Assembly (NCBI GenBank): GCA_963823925.1
Contig: CAWGNI010000007.1
Span: forward strand, 27,333 to 91,332
Origin: an uncultured Chloroflexia bacterium
GTDB lineage: Bacteria > Chloroflexota > Limnocylindria > Limnocylindrales > CSP1-4
Direction of reading: 5' to 3'
DNA: 64,000 nucleotides
The notes beneath the pieces were generated by a model. That model had not been told where the DNA came from. It saw nothing but the letters and a program-made list of their open reading frames with translations, and searched no databases. Position numbers and translations under genes: made by a program. Below are positions 41,705-53,054 of the stretch, one piece after another. Position 1 is the first letter of the stretch. Each line of letters opens with the position of its first letter.

Positions 41705-42112
41705 CTACGGGAGGATCCGGAATCGTCCGCCGTCGAGCGGTCGCAGGACGTCGAAATGCCGGTGATCGAGGGTGACGATGGTTCGTGTCCGGTAGCGCTC
41801 GGCGAGGATCACGTTCGAAGCGTCCGCGACGCCGATGTTCAGGTCGGCGTACCGCTCGATCATGGCCCGAGCCTTGTCGAGCTCCTCGACACCGATCGCG
41901 GGCAGGTCCCAGGCACCGCCGCTCAGCTCCCGCAGAACGGCCAGCTCGGCCGAGACGCCGAGCCGGGACGCCACAAGGTAGTCGAGTTCCGCGACCACGT
42001 AGGGCGAGACGGCGAGCGGCTCCGGCGCCCTGCCGAGAACCGCGGAAACCGCCACATGATCGGGCTCGTCCGTGTCGAAGAACGCAAGGAGCGCGCTGGT
42101 GTCGACGATCAC
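41705..42112 (-). CDS. vapC: PIN-domain toxin VapC
   Basis: 135 aa, MIVDTSALLAFFDTDEPDH...VVAELDYL...GVADASNV...TLDHRHF. Overlaps the antitoxin gene by 4 nt. Confidence 0.8.
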   Translation of the reverse strand: MIVDTSALLAFFDTDEPDHVAVSAVLGRAPEPLAVSPYVVAELDYLVASRLGVSAELAVLRELSGGAWDLPAIGVEELDKARAMIERYADLNIGVADASNVILAERYRTRTIVTLDHRHFDVLRPLDGGRFRILP

Positions 42113-42324
42113 CGCTCGCCGAACCCAGGCAGGTGTTCATCTGCCTCGCGCGCGATCGGAGAGCGGCTCGCGAAGAGGCCACCGCGGGGGCGCGGTCGAT
42201 CATCGCCGACGGCGTCGCGGATCGAGTCGCGAATGACCTCGGCCTCCGACACCCCTCGCTGCCGGGCAACGCGCTTGACCGCGGACTTGAGCTCCGTCGG
42301 CAGGTAGACGGTCGTCTTGTCCAT
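42109..42324 (-). CDS. vapB: RHH/CopG-type antitoxin VapB
   Basis: 71 aa, MDKTTVYLPTELKSAVKRVARQRGVSEAEVIRDSIRD. TACCAT lies 6 nt upstream of the ATG. Confidence 0.7.
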   Translation of the reverse strand: MDKTTVYLPTELKSAVKRVARQRGVSEAEVIRDSIRDAVGDDRPRPRGGLFASRSPIAREADEHLPGFGER

Positions 42325-42524
42325 CGACGTATGGTACCACCGCTGGCAACCCCTTGGCGATGATCGGTCGGGCTACAGGCCCAGATGCAGACGCACGGCC
42401 TCATCGACTACTCGTGTCGCGTCGGGCGCCAAGCCTTGTGCTTAGTGCACGGAAGGGCCGGGCGACGACGTTCGGCTTGGGTGAAAGGCTGATGACTGAG
42501 CTCATCACCTATACTCGGGCTTCG

Positions 42525-42599
42525 GCCGACATAGCTCAGTGGTAGAGCAGCTGTTTCGTAAACAGCAGGTCCTCGGTTCAAATCCGAGTGTCGGCTCCA
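42525..42599 (+). tRNA. tRNA-Thr (anticodon CGU), CCA encoded
   Basis: Manual fold. Acceptor stem GCCGACA/TGTCGGC. D arm GCTC-AGTGGTA-GAGC. Anticodon arm GCTGT-TTCGTAA-ACAGC. T arm CTCGG-TTCAAAT-CCGAG. Discriminator T, then CCA. Confidence 0.95.
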
Positions 42600-42616
42600 G
42601 CGATCTGAACGTGAGA

Positions 42617-42634
42617 CCCGGCCGAGAGGCCGGG
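42617..42634 (+). terminator. Hairpin after the tRNA
   Basis: CCCGGCC-gaga-GGCCGGG. Confidence 0.45.
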
Positions 42635-42748
42635 ATCCGTGCACCAGGCGGCGCGTCGTGTAGCCAGGGGCCGGTAGACCGCCGAGCAGCCGCTCCGTCT
42701 GAGCGCCGCGACCCGCCGACGATCAAGCCGCCGGTAGCCAGGACGTCG

Positions 42749-45266
42749 TCACGCGGGCCCCGGGTCTGCCCGATGAACCCGTCTCAAGGATTTGGGACCG
42801 GCAAGATGCCTGTGGTCGCTGGAGCCTAAGACCTGCGTCCGCCCCGACCCGACGCGACGAACATCCGGCCTGCTTGCGAGCGTGACGCTTGGCGGCCACG
42901 GCCCCGGGCCACCGCCATCCTGTGGCCGTCCGAGGAGATAGCCCTGTCCGTACGGGATCGCAAGCGACCGAAGGGCTTCGAGCTCCGCCTCCGTTTCGAT
43001 CCCCTCGGCGATGAGCTTGATCCGCCGCTTCGTCGCGAAATAGACCATCCCGGCCAACAATGCCTGGCGGCCCTGATCACCGTCGAGCCCACGGACAAGC
43101 GCGATGTCGAGCTTGACCATCGCAGGACGCAACTCGAGGATATGGCGGAAGCTGGCATAGCCGGCACCCGCATCATCCACTGAGGCGCGAACCGATGGTC
43201 CGAGCGCTGCGAGCGCGGTCCGGAGCGCCTCGTAGTCGCTGATCGCGACGTGCTCGGTGATCTCCACGACAAGGGGGCGGTCCACACCGCGGAAGACCTC
43301 CCGGAGAACGCCTGAGATGATGATCCCCGGCGAGACATTCAAGCTCAGGAATGCCGCGGACGGAAGAGCGACCTCAGCTGTGGTGAGGGCGGCGCGCAGC
43401 GTGGCGAGCTCCAGCTCCGCGTCGAGTCCCGCCCGGACCGCGGCAGCGAACCGGAGGTCAGGCGGGACACCGTCGGCGAACCGACTGAGTGCCTCGTAGC
43501 CAACGACCGAGCCCGAGTGGAGGTCGACGATCGGCTGGAAGAACGGCGTGAAGGCGGATGCGTCGAGAACAGCCTGGATCGCCGAATGGTCTTCGGCATC
43601 TTGTCGCCGATCCTCGAGCTTGGGTCTGAGGAGGGCCCCAAGCGTCGATGCGAATGTGGCAAGGGCCGGCAGGTGCTCGACGAGCGCGGCGCGGTTGCCG
43701 GGTCATGGCTTGCAATACCCACGACTCCGATCACCCCGCTGGGGTCACGCAGCGGCGCATAGACCGTCGAAAGAAGGCCGGCAGCCGAGATGGCCTCGCC
43801 CACGGGCCCGGCGTCCGGGCTGGGTCGCCACTCCTCGAACCACGGCCCACCGGAGCCACGCTCCCGAAGATCGGCGACGCGGGCGCTCGAGATTGACATG
43901 CCCGGGACGAACACGGCACTGAGGGGTCCGGAGATTGCCAGGACGGTCCCTTCGACGTCCCCGAGGGCGAGCGCCATCGTCGAATCGACTCCCGGGAGTG
44001 CGGTGATCACCTCGCAGGCGGCGGAAGCGATCTCCTCGACCGTGCGCGTCGCATCGATCTGCGCCAGCGCGGTCTGGACCGCGTCGCGCTCGCGAGCATC
44101 ACGTTCGAGAGCGCGCTCGAGCTCGCGTTCGCGCGTGACATCGCGATCGGCCTGGACATAGCCCGCGAATCGACCGTCCCTCTCCTGGATCGCCGAGATG
44201 ACCAATTCGGTCTCGATCAGGCTGCCGTCCTTGCGCCGGTTGACGATGGTGCCGGTCCAGACCTGGTTCGACCGCACGGTAGCCCAGATGGCATCGAAGA
44301 ACGACGGACTCTGCATCCCGCTGCCCAGGACGGCGCCGGTCTGTCCAACAAGCTCGCTTGGCTGGAACCCGTACGCTCGGGTGAACGCGGGATTGACGTA
44401 GGTGATGACACCATCGGCGTCGCGCATCCAGATCGCGTCCCCGGTCTGCTCCACCGCCAAGATCAGGCGCGTCCGCTCCGCCTCAAGGACCTGGCGCGCC
44501 GAGATGTCACGAATGACCTGCTGCAGGCGACCGTCCGGCAACCGCGAGAATCCAACCTCGGCGGGGAGGCTGTCCCATCCTTCCTTCGGTAGCGTCGCTC
44601 GACCGGGAGACCCGTGGCAACGGCATCCGCAATGCGCGTTTCCAGATCCTCGGGTTTGAGTAGGTCGTCGGCGGCGGTGAGATTCGGGGAGGCGAGGGTC
44701 ATCAGCTCGTCGCGCGAGTAGCCCAGCATGCTGCAGACAGCAGCATTCGCCTCCACGTACCGGCCGCTCCGATCCGAGACAAGGATTCCGTCTGGGGAAT
44801 GCTCGACAAGCGCCCGATACAGTTCCTCGCTTGCCGCCTTCGCCAGGTCGGCCGTGACGCGCCTGGTCCTGAGGCGCGCACGGATTCGCGCTACAAGTTC
44901 GTCGAGCCGGATCGGCTTCGTCAGGTAGTCGTCGGCCCCGACACCGAGGCTCGCGATGAGCGGGTATTCGTCATCCCGGCCGGTCAGGACCATGATCGGG
45001 ATGGTGGCCGTCGCGGGTACCTCGCGAAGGCGCCGAAGCACGTCGGTTCCCGAGATCCCCGGCATCTGCATATCGAGAATCACGAGGCTCACTCGCTCAC
45101 GATCGATCAGGCTGAGGGCGTCCTCGCCCGTCGCGGCCTCGCGGACCTCGAACCCTTCGCGGCCGAGGTGCGTCGCCACGAGGTCGCGCGAAGCGGCGTC
45201 GTCGTCGACGATCAGGATCGGGAACTCGGTTCCCGGGTGTGCCGTTGCCGGGCGCTGCGTGCTCAC
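42749..45266 (-). pseudogene. REC - PAS - PAS/GAF-like - EAL (c-di-GMP phosphodiesterase) protein, at least 2 frame breaks
   Basis: 44463-45266: ILIVDDDAASRDLV...LDMQMPGISG...ADDYLTKP plus a PAS domain. 43345-44541: PAS and GAF-like up to GVVGIASHDP. The EAL frame runs from ~43700 to 42749 (AFLSLNVSPG...VVEITEHVAI...ASVDDAGAGYASF...IKLIAEGIETEAE...GQGYLLGRP). Junctions are near 44540 and 43700. Confidence 0.7.
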
Positions 45267-46854
45267 CCCAACACGGGCGGTGGGTGCCGACCGGACACGA
45301 CGTGGCTCGTCCGGCGAACCGATTGCGCCTGCCGGACCGCGATGACGAGTTGGCCCGATGTGACAGGCTTTGGCACGAATGTGGCGCCTCGAGCGGTGAT
45401 CTGCTCCAGGTTCAGCGTCTCTGCTGTATACCCGGAGAGCATCACGACGCCGACGTCCGGGTATCCATCCATGGCGAAGGTGGCGAGCTCGATGCCGGAC
45501 ATGTTGGCCATCACGACATCGGTGACGAGGACGTCGATCGGCTTGTCGGGCTCGGCTAGCAGCGCCATCGCGTCGCTGCCGTTGGAGACGGCGATCACCC
45601 GGTAGCCGGCTCGTGTCAACATCTGCGTCGTCATCTCGCGCACCACGGTTTCGTCCTCGACCAAAAGGACGGTGCCGGTTCCAACGGGGAGGGTCACAAG
45701 GGCCTTCGGCGGATCGGTCAAGCCGGGGTCGCTCGCTCGGGGAAAATAGAGCTTGAATGACGAGCCCATGCCGGGCTCGGAATTGACCCAGATGTGGCCG
45801 CCGGACTGCCGGACAATTCCGTAGGCCGTTGCGAGCCCGAGACCCGTCCCCTTGCCTACCTGCTTCGTGGTGAAGAACGGCTCGAAGATGTGCTCCCGCA
45901 CCGCGCGATCCATCCCGACGCCGGTGTCGCTGACCACCAGCTGGACATACTGCCCGGCCCGCAACTCAAAGTGGTCGATGGCGTACGGCTCGTCGACATC
46001 AACATCGCCGTCTCGATGGTGATCGTCCCGCCGTCGGGCATGGCGTCCCGTGCATTGACGACGAGGTTCACGATGATCTGGTCGAGCTGGCCGGCGTCGG
46101 CGCGTATGTGCCCGATCAGGACGCCCGGCCTGACGACCAGCCGCGTGGTCTCGCCGATCAGCTGGCGCACCATCGGCTCGAGGCCCTGGATGGCAACGTT
46201 GAGGTCGAGCACCGCCGGCCTGATCGGCTGCTGACGGCCGAAGGCAAGGAGCTGGGACGTGAGGGCGGCTGCCCGGCCCCCGGCTTCCTGGATGGCTTGG
46301 ACATTGCGGAGTGTCTCGTCCAGGTCAAGATCCCCCCGTCGCTCGGGGAGGAGGTCCTGGCCGAGCATCTCCGCATGCCCATTGATCACGAAGAGCATGT
46401 TGTTGAAGTCGTGGGCGATCCCGCCGGCGAGCCGCCCGATCAATTCGAGCTTCTGGGCCTGAAGCAGTTCCTCGTCGGCGTCCTTGCGAACGCTGATATC
46501 GCGGATGGCGGCGGTCACGAGGATGCCCTCTGCGCTGCTGAGCGGGCTGAGCATGATCTCGATCGGGAACTCGGTGCCGTCCCTGCGCCGACCCGCCAGC
46601 TCGATCCCCGTCCCGATCTGCTGGGCCAGGGCGTCGGCCGCCGAACGCAGGTCATCGGAGATGATTCGTTCCGCGAACCCGACCGGGATGATGTTCGTGA
46701 CCGGTTGGCCCAGCAGCTCGTCGCGGCGGTAACCGAACTGCTTCTCTGCCTGGACATTGAGCAGCACGATTTCGCCGGCCACGTTGACCACCACCATCGC
46801 GTCGGGTGCCGCCTCGAGCAGCTCGCGGTAGCGAGCCTCCGACTCGTTGTACAC
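45263..46854 (-). pseudogene. Hybrid sensor histidine kinase (PAS-HisKA-HATPase-REC), one frame break
   Basis: 45856-46854: PAS, then GGIAHDFNNML and [18 protein letters not shown]. 45263-45964: [31 protein letters not shown]...DVVM. The junction is near 46005. The stop overlaps the start of the downstream REC-EAL gene (GTGA). Confidence 0.75.
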
Positions 46855-47225
46855 CCGCGCCTCAGGCTGGTCCCACTACTGACCGCTCCTCGCAAAGTTG
46901 GCGATGCGACCGCCGCGCAACCGCACGGCAGCCAGTTCCCATTCACGTCCTCCATCGTCGCCCTGCGTCGGTTGGCTGCCATGACGAATCGTCATCTCCC
47001 GAAAACGTGGTCGAGCAGCCGGCTACGCGAAGTCGAGGTCATCACCGGCTGCGACCGTCACGTCGTCGCTCGGACCGGGCACAAGTCAACATGTCAGGCG
47101 GCTTCTGGCCGACGTCCTTCGCGCTAGCGGAGCTGACCGCCGCCGCCGAGGAACGGATCGCCGAGCTGGTCAAGAAGGCGGCGGGCTGAGGACCCGTATC
47201 GGGAGTAAGCCCTGGCCCTCGATGC

Positions 47226-47661
47226 TCAGCCCAGGAATGGAGCCGGGTGTCCCGTCTCGGCGTAGGCCTTGAGCGCCCCCACGATCCGACCCCACGTGTA
47301 GTTCACCCGAGCGTAGTCATCAGCCGGGTAGTCCTCCCCCCAGCCTTCGTGACGGAACGCCACCGTCGTCCCGCTGCCCGACGGTGCTGGCGCGAGCGAC
47401 CAGGTGATCGTCGTCCCCGCCCAGTGCGGGAAATCACCGAGACACGACCATCGGATCTCGTCGGGGCTCGATCCGTCCACCTTCATCCGCAGATCCACTG
47501 GCGCGGCCGGGAAGCCGAATCGGGCGATCGACCCGACCACTGGCTCGATGTCGCAATCGGACGTCCAGAAGGCGGCCGCTCCTGCCTTCGTTGTGATGGC
47601 TTGATAGATCGACGGTGCATCTCGCGATCCACGTCCACGGTGTGGAGCATCGGTCCGGTCA
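47226..47661 (-). pseudogene. SRPBCC / AHSA1-family protein, probable N-terminal frame break
   Basis: GAAGGAG plus ATG 47659-47661 gives MTGPMLHTVDVDREM... The domain (APSIYQAITTKAGAAAFWTSD...VAFRHEGW...) continues in the frame of ORF 47226-47687. The junction is near 47625. Confidence 0.5.
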
Positions 47662-47767
47662 TGCCGACTCCTTCTCTGCACGAGCACTCCAGGTTCTGCC
47701 TGTTTTAGGCACGGCTATATTAAAGGTCACAGACCGCTGTGTTCAAGTGGGCGCTAAAATACAGATC

Positions 47768-48073
47768 ATGGATGTGATCGCGGTCATCGCTGCGCCGCGA
47801 AGGCGAGAGATCCTGCACCTGATCTGGGATCGTGAGCTGAGCGCCGGCGACATCGCCGCTGCACTCCCGGTCACCTTCGGCGCCGTCTCCCAGCACCTGG
47901 CGGTCCTTCGGGACGCGGGGATCGTCGACGTCCGGCACGAGGGCACCTACCGCTACTACCGGGCCAACCGGGGCCGGATCGGTCCCCTCGCGGCCGTCCT
48001 CGAGGCGTACTGGACGGACGCCCTCGATCGGCTCGCCGCGGAGATCGAGCGCGACGAGGGGACCAAAGGATGA
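47768..48073 (+). CDS. ArsR/SmtB-family transcriptional regulator
   Basis: From ATG 47768, with TAAAAT 7 nt upstream. Contains PRRREILHLIWDRELSAGDIAAALPVTFGAVSQHLAVLRDAGIV. Confidence 0.8.
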   Translation: MDVIAVIAAPRRREILHLIWDRELSAGDIAAALPVTFGAVSQHLAVLRDAGIVDVRHEGTYRYYRANRGRIGPLAAVLEAYWTDALDRLAAEIERDEGTKG

Positions 48074-48531
48074 GTGCGCAGGTCGATCGCGTCATCGTGT
48101 CACGTCGGATCCGGGCGGTGCCCGAGCTGGTCTATGGGTACTTCACCGACCCGGCGCTGTGGGCGCGCTGGCAAGGCACGTCCGCGATCGTCGACCCTAG
48201 ACCCGGTGGCGTCCTCCGGATCACGATGGGCCTCGACGGATCCGGCCTGGCAGAAGGCCACTTTGTGGAGTTGGAGCCGTTCGAGCGGATCGTCTTCACC
48301 TGGGGTTGGGCGACGAGCTCGCAGTCGGCCCTACCGCCCGGTACGACGATCGTCACCATCGAGCTTCGTCCCGACGGCGACGGCACGCTCGTGACCCTGA
48401 CGCACGACTCGCTGCCGAAGGACGAGCGGGCGATCCACGAGGCCGGCTGGATGCTCTACCTGGATCGGCTCGTCACGGTCGCCGAAGGCGGCGATCCTGG
48501 CCCGGATCCATCCCTTGGAGGCGCTGGGTAG
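48070..48531 (+). CDS. SRPBCC / AHSA1-family protein
   Basis: 153 aa. The start overlaps the ArsR stop. Contains IRAVPELVYGYFTDPALWARWQG...IVFTWGW. Confidence 0.7.
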   Translation: MSAQVDRVIVSRRIRAVPELVYGYFTDPALWARWQGTSAIVDPRPGGVLRITMGLDGSGLAEGHFVELEPFERIVFTWGWATSSQSALPPGTTIVTIELRPDGDGTLVTLTHDSLPKDERAIHEAGWMLYLDRLVTVAEGGDPGPDPSLGGAG

Positions 48532-48742
48532 TCTTGCCGGATCAGCCGAAGGCGCCGACTCCGCCTACGGCACCACCGAAGCTCGGGCGCGAACTGGAAC
48601 CATCCGGTCATCGCTGGGTCCTCGCGGTGCCGTCGTAGCTCCGAAGGCGAAGACTGTGCGGGCCGGCGCAACACTGACCAGGCGGGAGGTTCACGATGTG
48701 AGCCTCCGCCTCATGGTCGGAGAACCCGCGAGTGGAGCCGTC

Positions 48743-50266
48743 ATGTTCGACCTAGCCGCCCTGGAGATCTGGTTCGTGACCGGCAGCCAGCACCTGTACG
48801 GGCCCGACGTCCTGGACCAGGTCGAGCGTCATTCGGCCGATATCGTCGGCGGCCTCGGCGCGGCGCCGGAGATCCCCGTCCGCATCGTGCAGAAGCCCGT
48901 ACAGACGTCCGCGGAGTCGATCCATGGGCTCCTGGTCGAGGCGAACGCGACGACGCAGTGCGTGGGCGTCATCGCCTGGATGCACACCTTCTCGCCCGCC
49001 AAGATGTGGATCGCCGGGCTCGACGCCCTCCAGAAGCCGCTGCTGCCACCTGCACACGCAGTTCAACCGCGACATCCCCTGGTCGACGATCGACATGGAC
49101 TTCATGAACCTGAACCAGTCGGCCCACGGCGGCCGCGAGTTCGGGTTCATCGCAGACCCGCCTGCGGCAAGGCGCGCAAGATGGTCGTCGGCCACTGGCA
49201 GGAACCGGCCGTCGCACGCGCGGATCGGCGTCGTGGACCCGCGCCGCCCGCGCCTGGCACGACGCGCAGGAGCCTGCAAGATCGCCCGCTTCGGCGACAA
49301 CATGCGCCAAGTGGCCGTCACCGAGGGCGACAAGGTCGAGGCCCAGATCGGCTTCGGCTTCTCGGTCAACGGCTACGGCGTCGGCGACCTGGTCGCCGGC
49401 GTCGACGCAGGTCGACGCGACGCCGAAGTCGACGCTCTGTCGCCGAGTACGACGACGCGTACGAAGTCGCGCCGGAGCTGCGGCCGGCGGGCGACGCCAC
49501 GAGTCGCTGCGCGACGCGGCCCGCGATCGAGCTCGGCCTGCGCGGCTTCCTGTCGAGGGCGGGCTTCGACGCCTTCACCGACACGTTCGAGGACCTGCAC
49601 GGCCTGAAGCAACTGCCCGGCCTCGCCGTCCAGCGGCTGATGGCCGACGGCTACGGCTTCGGCGCCGAGGGCGACTGGAAGACCGCGGCCCTGCGTGCGG
49701 GCGATGAAGGTCATGGCGGCCGGGCTGCCCGGCGGCACGTCGTTCATGGAGGACTACACCTACCACCTCGATCCCGGGCGGACCGCTGGTCCTCGGCGCC
49801 CACATGCTGGAGATCTGCCCGTCGATCGCCGCCGGCCGAGCCGTAGCTGCGAAATCCACCCGCTGGGGATCGGCGGCAAGGAAGACCCGGTGCGCCTGGT
49901 GTTCGACGCGCCGCCCGGGCCGGCCATCGACGCGGCCTCCTCGACCTGGGCGACCGCGTTCCGGCTGGTCGTCAACGAGATCGACGTCGTCGCGCCGCCG
50001 CAGCCGCTGCCGAAGCTGCCGGTGGCCCGCGCCGTGTGGCAGCCCCGCCCGAGCTCGAAGCGGCGGCCGCGGCCTGGATCCATGGCCGGCGGCCCGCACC
50101 ACACCGGCTTCAGCCAGGCGATCGACTCGAGTCATCGAGACTTCGCCGAAATCGCCGGCATCGAGCTGATCTCGATCGACGCCGACACGACCGACGCGCA
50201 GCTGAGCAAGGAGCTTCGCTGGAGCCAGGCGTACTACCACCTCGCCGGCAACCGCCGGGACGCTGA
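48743..50266 (+). pseudogene. araA: L-arabinose isomerase, heavily decayed (at least 6 frame changes)
   Basis: Recognisable AraA blocks are scattered over three frames: [155 protein letters not shown]. The 3' end is approximate. Confidence 0.8.
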
Positions 50267-50267
50267 C

Positions 50268-50983
50268 ATGACCTACGACCAGATCCGAGCCTAATCCGCG
50301 AACCTCAACCGGCGTATCGAGCGACAGGCCTCGTCGATCCTGTCATTCGGCAACGTGAGCGTCGCCGACCGGGCCGCCGGCGTCTTCGCGATCAAGCCGA
50401 GCGGTGTCCCGTACGAGGACCTGACCGACGACGACATCGTGGTCATCTCCATCGAGGACGGCACCACGGTGAGGTGTTCCCGACGACCATCGTCCGACAC
50501 TCCGACCCACCCTGTTCCTCTACAGCAGTACGCGGACCTGCGAGGCGTCGTCCACACCCACTCGCCGGCGGCCGTGGCGTGCGCACAGGCCCCCCGGTCG
50601 ATCCCGTGCCTCGGGACGACCCATGCGGATCATTTCACGGGCCGGTCCCGGTCACCCGGCCGCTGACGACGGCTGAGATCGAAGGAGAGTACGAAGCGAA
50701 CACGGGCCGGGTGATCGTCGAGCACTTCGAGACCGAGGGTCTCGACCACCTCCATACGCCGGGTGTGCTCGTCGCGTCCCACGGGCCGTTCACCTGGGGA
50801 GCCAGCGGGTCCGACGCGGTCACCAACGCCATCGCCCTCGAGGCGATCGCCGGGATGGCGATCAGCACGCTTGCCCTGGCGCCCGATCGGCCCCCGGTCG
50901 ACGACGCGCTGCTGGAGAAGCATTTCCAGCGGAAGCACGGTCCCGCCGCCTACTACGGGCAGCCGACCGACTCAACGCAGTGA
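50268..50983 (+). pseudogene. araD: L-ribulose-5-phosphate 4-epimerase, in-frame stop plus frame breaks
   Basis: MTYDQIRA-TAA(50292-50294)-SANL..., then FGNVSVADRAAGVFAIKPSGVPYEDLTDDDIVVI, PSSDTPTH, and in another frame PGVLVASHGPFTWGASG...ALEAIAGMA. Confidence 0.7.
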
Positions 50984-52574
50984 CGTGACGGCCTGGCGCT
51001 CGATCGCGAGCCCGGCCCGGTGGCGTGCGAAGAAGGCCGAGAACCCCTCGACATCGCGCGGGTCCGGGGCGATGGTCTCGCCCATGCTCGCCGAGACCCA
51101 CCGGTCAAGGAAATCCGGGAGCGTCTGGTCAGCGTCGGACCGGAGCAGGTACGCGGCCAGCACGGCCATACCCCAGGCTCCTCCTTCGCCGGCCGTCGCG
51201 GGGAGGCTGACCGGGACGTCGAGCGCGGCGGCCATGATCCGCTGGCCGGTGTCGCTGGCCTTGAAGAAACCGCCGTGGCCGCGGATCTCCTCGACGATCA
51301 CACCCTCCTCATCGCGGAGGATGTCCAGGCCCTCCCGCATGGCGCACAGCGAGGCGTAACACAGCGCCCGCATGAAGTTCTCCAGGGTGAACCGGCCATC
51401 CTGGTTCCGGGCGAACAGCGGGCGCCCCTCGGTGAAGCCGGTCAGGTGCTCGCCTGAGATGTAGTTGATCGGACAGGAGCCCGCCGGCGTCCGGATCGCC
51501 CTGGAGGGCGAGCGGCAGGATCTGCGCGTACAGCTCGTCGAGCCGCGTCTCGGCGCCGAGTGCGCTGGCGACCTGGCCGAACAGCGCCATCCAGGCATCC
51601 AGGTCTGACGTCCCGTTGTTGGAGTGGGCCATCGCCACTGGCTTGCCGTCGGGCGTGACCACGATGTCGATCTCGTCGTGGACCGAGACAGGCCCGTTCG
51701 AGGACGATCATCGCGAACATCGAGGTGCCGGCGGACACGTTCCCTGATCGCGGCCGGACCGCATTCGTGGCGACCATGCCCGTGCCGGCATCGCCCTCAG
51801 GTGGGCACATGGGGATGCCGGCCGAAGCGCGCCCGACCGGGTCGAGCAGCCTGGCGCCCTCGGCCTGAGCCGGCCCGCCGGCCGCGCCGGCCGGGCAGCA
51901 CGCGGGAAGGATGTCGCGGAGCTTCCAGCCCACGTTCCACGGCGCGAGGAGGTGTCGAATGCAGCGACTCGCTCGGCGTCCCAATCGCCCGTCCCGGGGT
52001 CGATCGGGAACATCCCCGACGCCTCCCCGACACCGACGACGTGCTTGCCGGTCAGCCTCCAGTGGATGTAGCCCGCCAGCGTGGTGAGGTGGGCGATCCG
52101 CCCGACGTGGGGCTGCCGCTCCAGGATCGACTGGTACAGGTGAGCGATGCTCCAGCGCTGGGGAACGGCGAAGTCAAGCCGAGGGGACAGCTCGGCGCAG
52201 GCCCTGCTGGTGATGTTGTTCCGCCAGGTGCGGAAGGGCACGAGGAGCTCACCTTGCGCGTCGAGGGCGATGTAGCCGTGCATCATCCCGCTGACGCCCA
52301 TGGCAGCGACGGCCTCGACGTCGACCGAATATCGTGCCCGCACGTCCTCGACGAGGGAATCCACGCACGCCGCGAGCCCATCGTGGACGTCCGCCATATC
52401 GTAGGTCCAGACGCCGTCCTCGAACCGGTTCTCCCAGAGGTGTGAGCCCGCCGCAAGGGGCGTCATGTCGGGTCCGATCAGCGACGCCTTGATCCGGGTA
52501 GAACCGAACTCGATCCCGAGGATGGCCGCACCCGATCGGATCCACTCCCGTGCGTCCGTCTGCCCCTGGTCCAC
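50972..52574 (-). pseudogene. FGGY-family pentulose kinase (ribulokinase/xylulokinase-like), several frame breaks
   Basis: 51708-52574: AILGIEFGSTRIKASLI...GVSGMMHGYIALD...[12 protein letters not shown]. Further pieces lie in 51442-51984, 51309-51662 and 50972-51598 (GHGGFFKASDTGQRIMAAAL), each in a different frame. Confidence 0.7.
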
Positions 52575-52814
52575 GGATCCCTCCTCGCCGCCGTCCCGTG
52601 CCCTGCGGGACCTGGCGGCCTACGGCCCGATTATCGGGTCATCAGCGACACGCGACTCGACCGCCCGTGATCTCCCGGTGGTGACCCCCGGACGGTGGGT
52701 GCGCCCGACCGGTTGTCTGACGCCTCGTCGGGAGTCGCTGGCGGATCGTGCTGCGCCAGGGTGGCCTGCCGCGACTCGGTTGCGATGAAGGTCGAACCCT
52801 GTCGTCGGAACCAC

Positions 52815-53054
52815 TCATGACGGGCGTGGTTCGGGTGTCGACAACGTCGGCGCGGGCCCAGGCTGCGGAGGCGGCCCTGCGCTGAGACTCTGCCCCTGAC
52901 CGGCGCCGGCCGAGAGCGACGCGATCATCACGGATGCCGCGAGGACCGACGCGGAGATGACGACCATGAGTGTGGTCCCGGCTGGGTCGAAGGCCCGTCG
53001 AGCGCCGTGCTCGCGCCGCGAAGGACCTGCGACTCGGACGATCCTCGTGCCCAT
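52815..53054 (-). CDS. Possible small membrane-anchored protein (weak call)
   Basis: GGGAGG lies 6 nt upstream of the ATG. 79 aa with one hydrophobic segment (LMVVISASVLAASVMIASL) and a Pro-rich tail. No family recognised. Confidence 0.25.
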   Translation of the reverse strand: MGTRIVRVAGPSRREHGARRAFDPAGTTLMVVISASVLAASVMIASLSAGAGQGQSLSAGPPPQPGPAPTLSTPEPRPS

